Shown here in pieces: positions 63,734-64,000 of a DNA stretch of 64,000 nt. The translations under genes and the position numbers were made by a program. The DNA comes from Clostridia bacterium (GTDB lineage: Bacteria > Bacillota > Clostridia > Oscillospirales > CAG-272): the NCBI GenBank assembly GCA_017463485.1, contig JAFTPD010000002.1, positions 65,229 to 129,228 on the forward strand, in the 5' to 3' direction. Within the stretch, counting starts at the first letter, position 1, and each line of letters starts with the position of its first letter. The notes under the pieces are model-generated. The model was given only the letters and a program-made list of their open reading frames with translations, was not told where the DNA came from and did no database searches.

Positions 63734-64000
63734 ATGGCAAATATAAACGATTACCTCGATTGGAGAGGGGATATTTCCTTTTCAGAGCTGCCGCCGTGTG
63801 AGGTGGACTCGCTGATATTTTCGCTTTTGTCATATATAGATTTTGACGGAATAGTTCCAAGCGGTAAAGAGGGAATCACTGTGCGTGAGGCAGTTGATGC
63901 CTACGTGGGAAAGTATCCCACACCCAAGGACAGGTACTTGGGGCTGATAATGATCCCCGAAATATCCGAGCTGTTTATCCGTCTGCCCGCCTCTCCGCGC
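63734..64000 (+). CDS. DUF2974 (Mbeg1-like) protein, N-terminal part only (runs off right edge)
   Basis: My own translation: MANINDYLDWRGDISFSELPPCEVDSLIFSLLSYIDFDGIVP..., the characteristic DUF2974 N-terminus. GAGGAGAA RBS. Absent from the ORF track because no stop lies in the window. Confidence 0.65.
   Translation, partial: MANINDYLDWRGDISFSELPPCEVDSLIFSLLSYIDFDGIVPSGKEGITVREAVDAYVGKYPTPKDRYLGLIMIPEISELFIRLPASPR

Overview
64-kb chromosomal window, roughly 55% GC by eye. It looks like a spore-forming Clostridia-class Firmicute (Spo0A, rplU-prp-rpmA operon with a Prp-processed L27, T-box-controlled thrS); taxonomy is inference only. I recognised no rRNA, tRNA, CRISPR array, transposase or integrase. 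Backbone genes: glyA-gpmI, an MGS-like gene, thrS, a DeoR regulator with an Ldh_2 oxidoreductase and malic enzyme, two amidohydrolases, a DUF4956/VTC pair, typA, a class I lysyl-tRNA synthetase, rarA, maf, an mreB-like gene, a CPBP protease, PBP2, ruvX, spo0A, sufC and sufB/D, GTP-PEPCK, nrdG, nrdD, a trxB-like gene, truB, and a five-gene biotin-dependent decarboxylase/carboxyltransferase operon. Unusual content: (1) a 10-kb prophage-like island (13.2-23.0 kb) with a CI/S24 repressor, operators, and only DNA-packaging and head genes, including its own Prp-type protease; it has no integrase, replication, tail or lysin genes. (2) A two-copy structured intergenic element of about 200-300 nt (3' of typA and 3' of rarA) with compensatory stem changes; one copy is split by nested inverted-repeat insertions. 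(3) A 1368-aa RCC1-repeat protein with no signal peptide. (4) NrdD fused to a CPNC thioredoxin-fold domain, next to a thioredoxin-reductase homolog that lacks the NADPH motif, with three phased NrdR boxes upstream. (5) A class I LysRS with a fused C-terminal tRNA-binding domain. (6) An operon combining acyl-CoA-type and oxaloacetate-type carboxyltransferases with a Na+ pump subunit, preceded by a terminator-containing leader. All calls rest on reading the sequence and ORF translations and on remembered family motifs; no database search was possible. Many long ORFs in the track are antisense shadows of real genes and were rejected.
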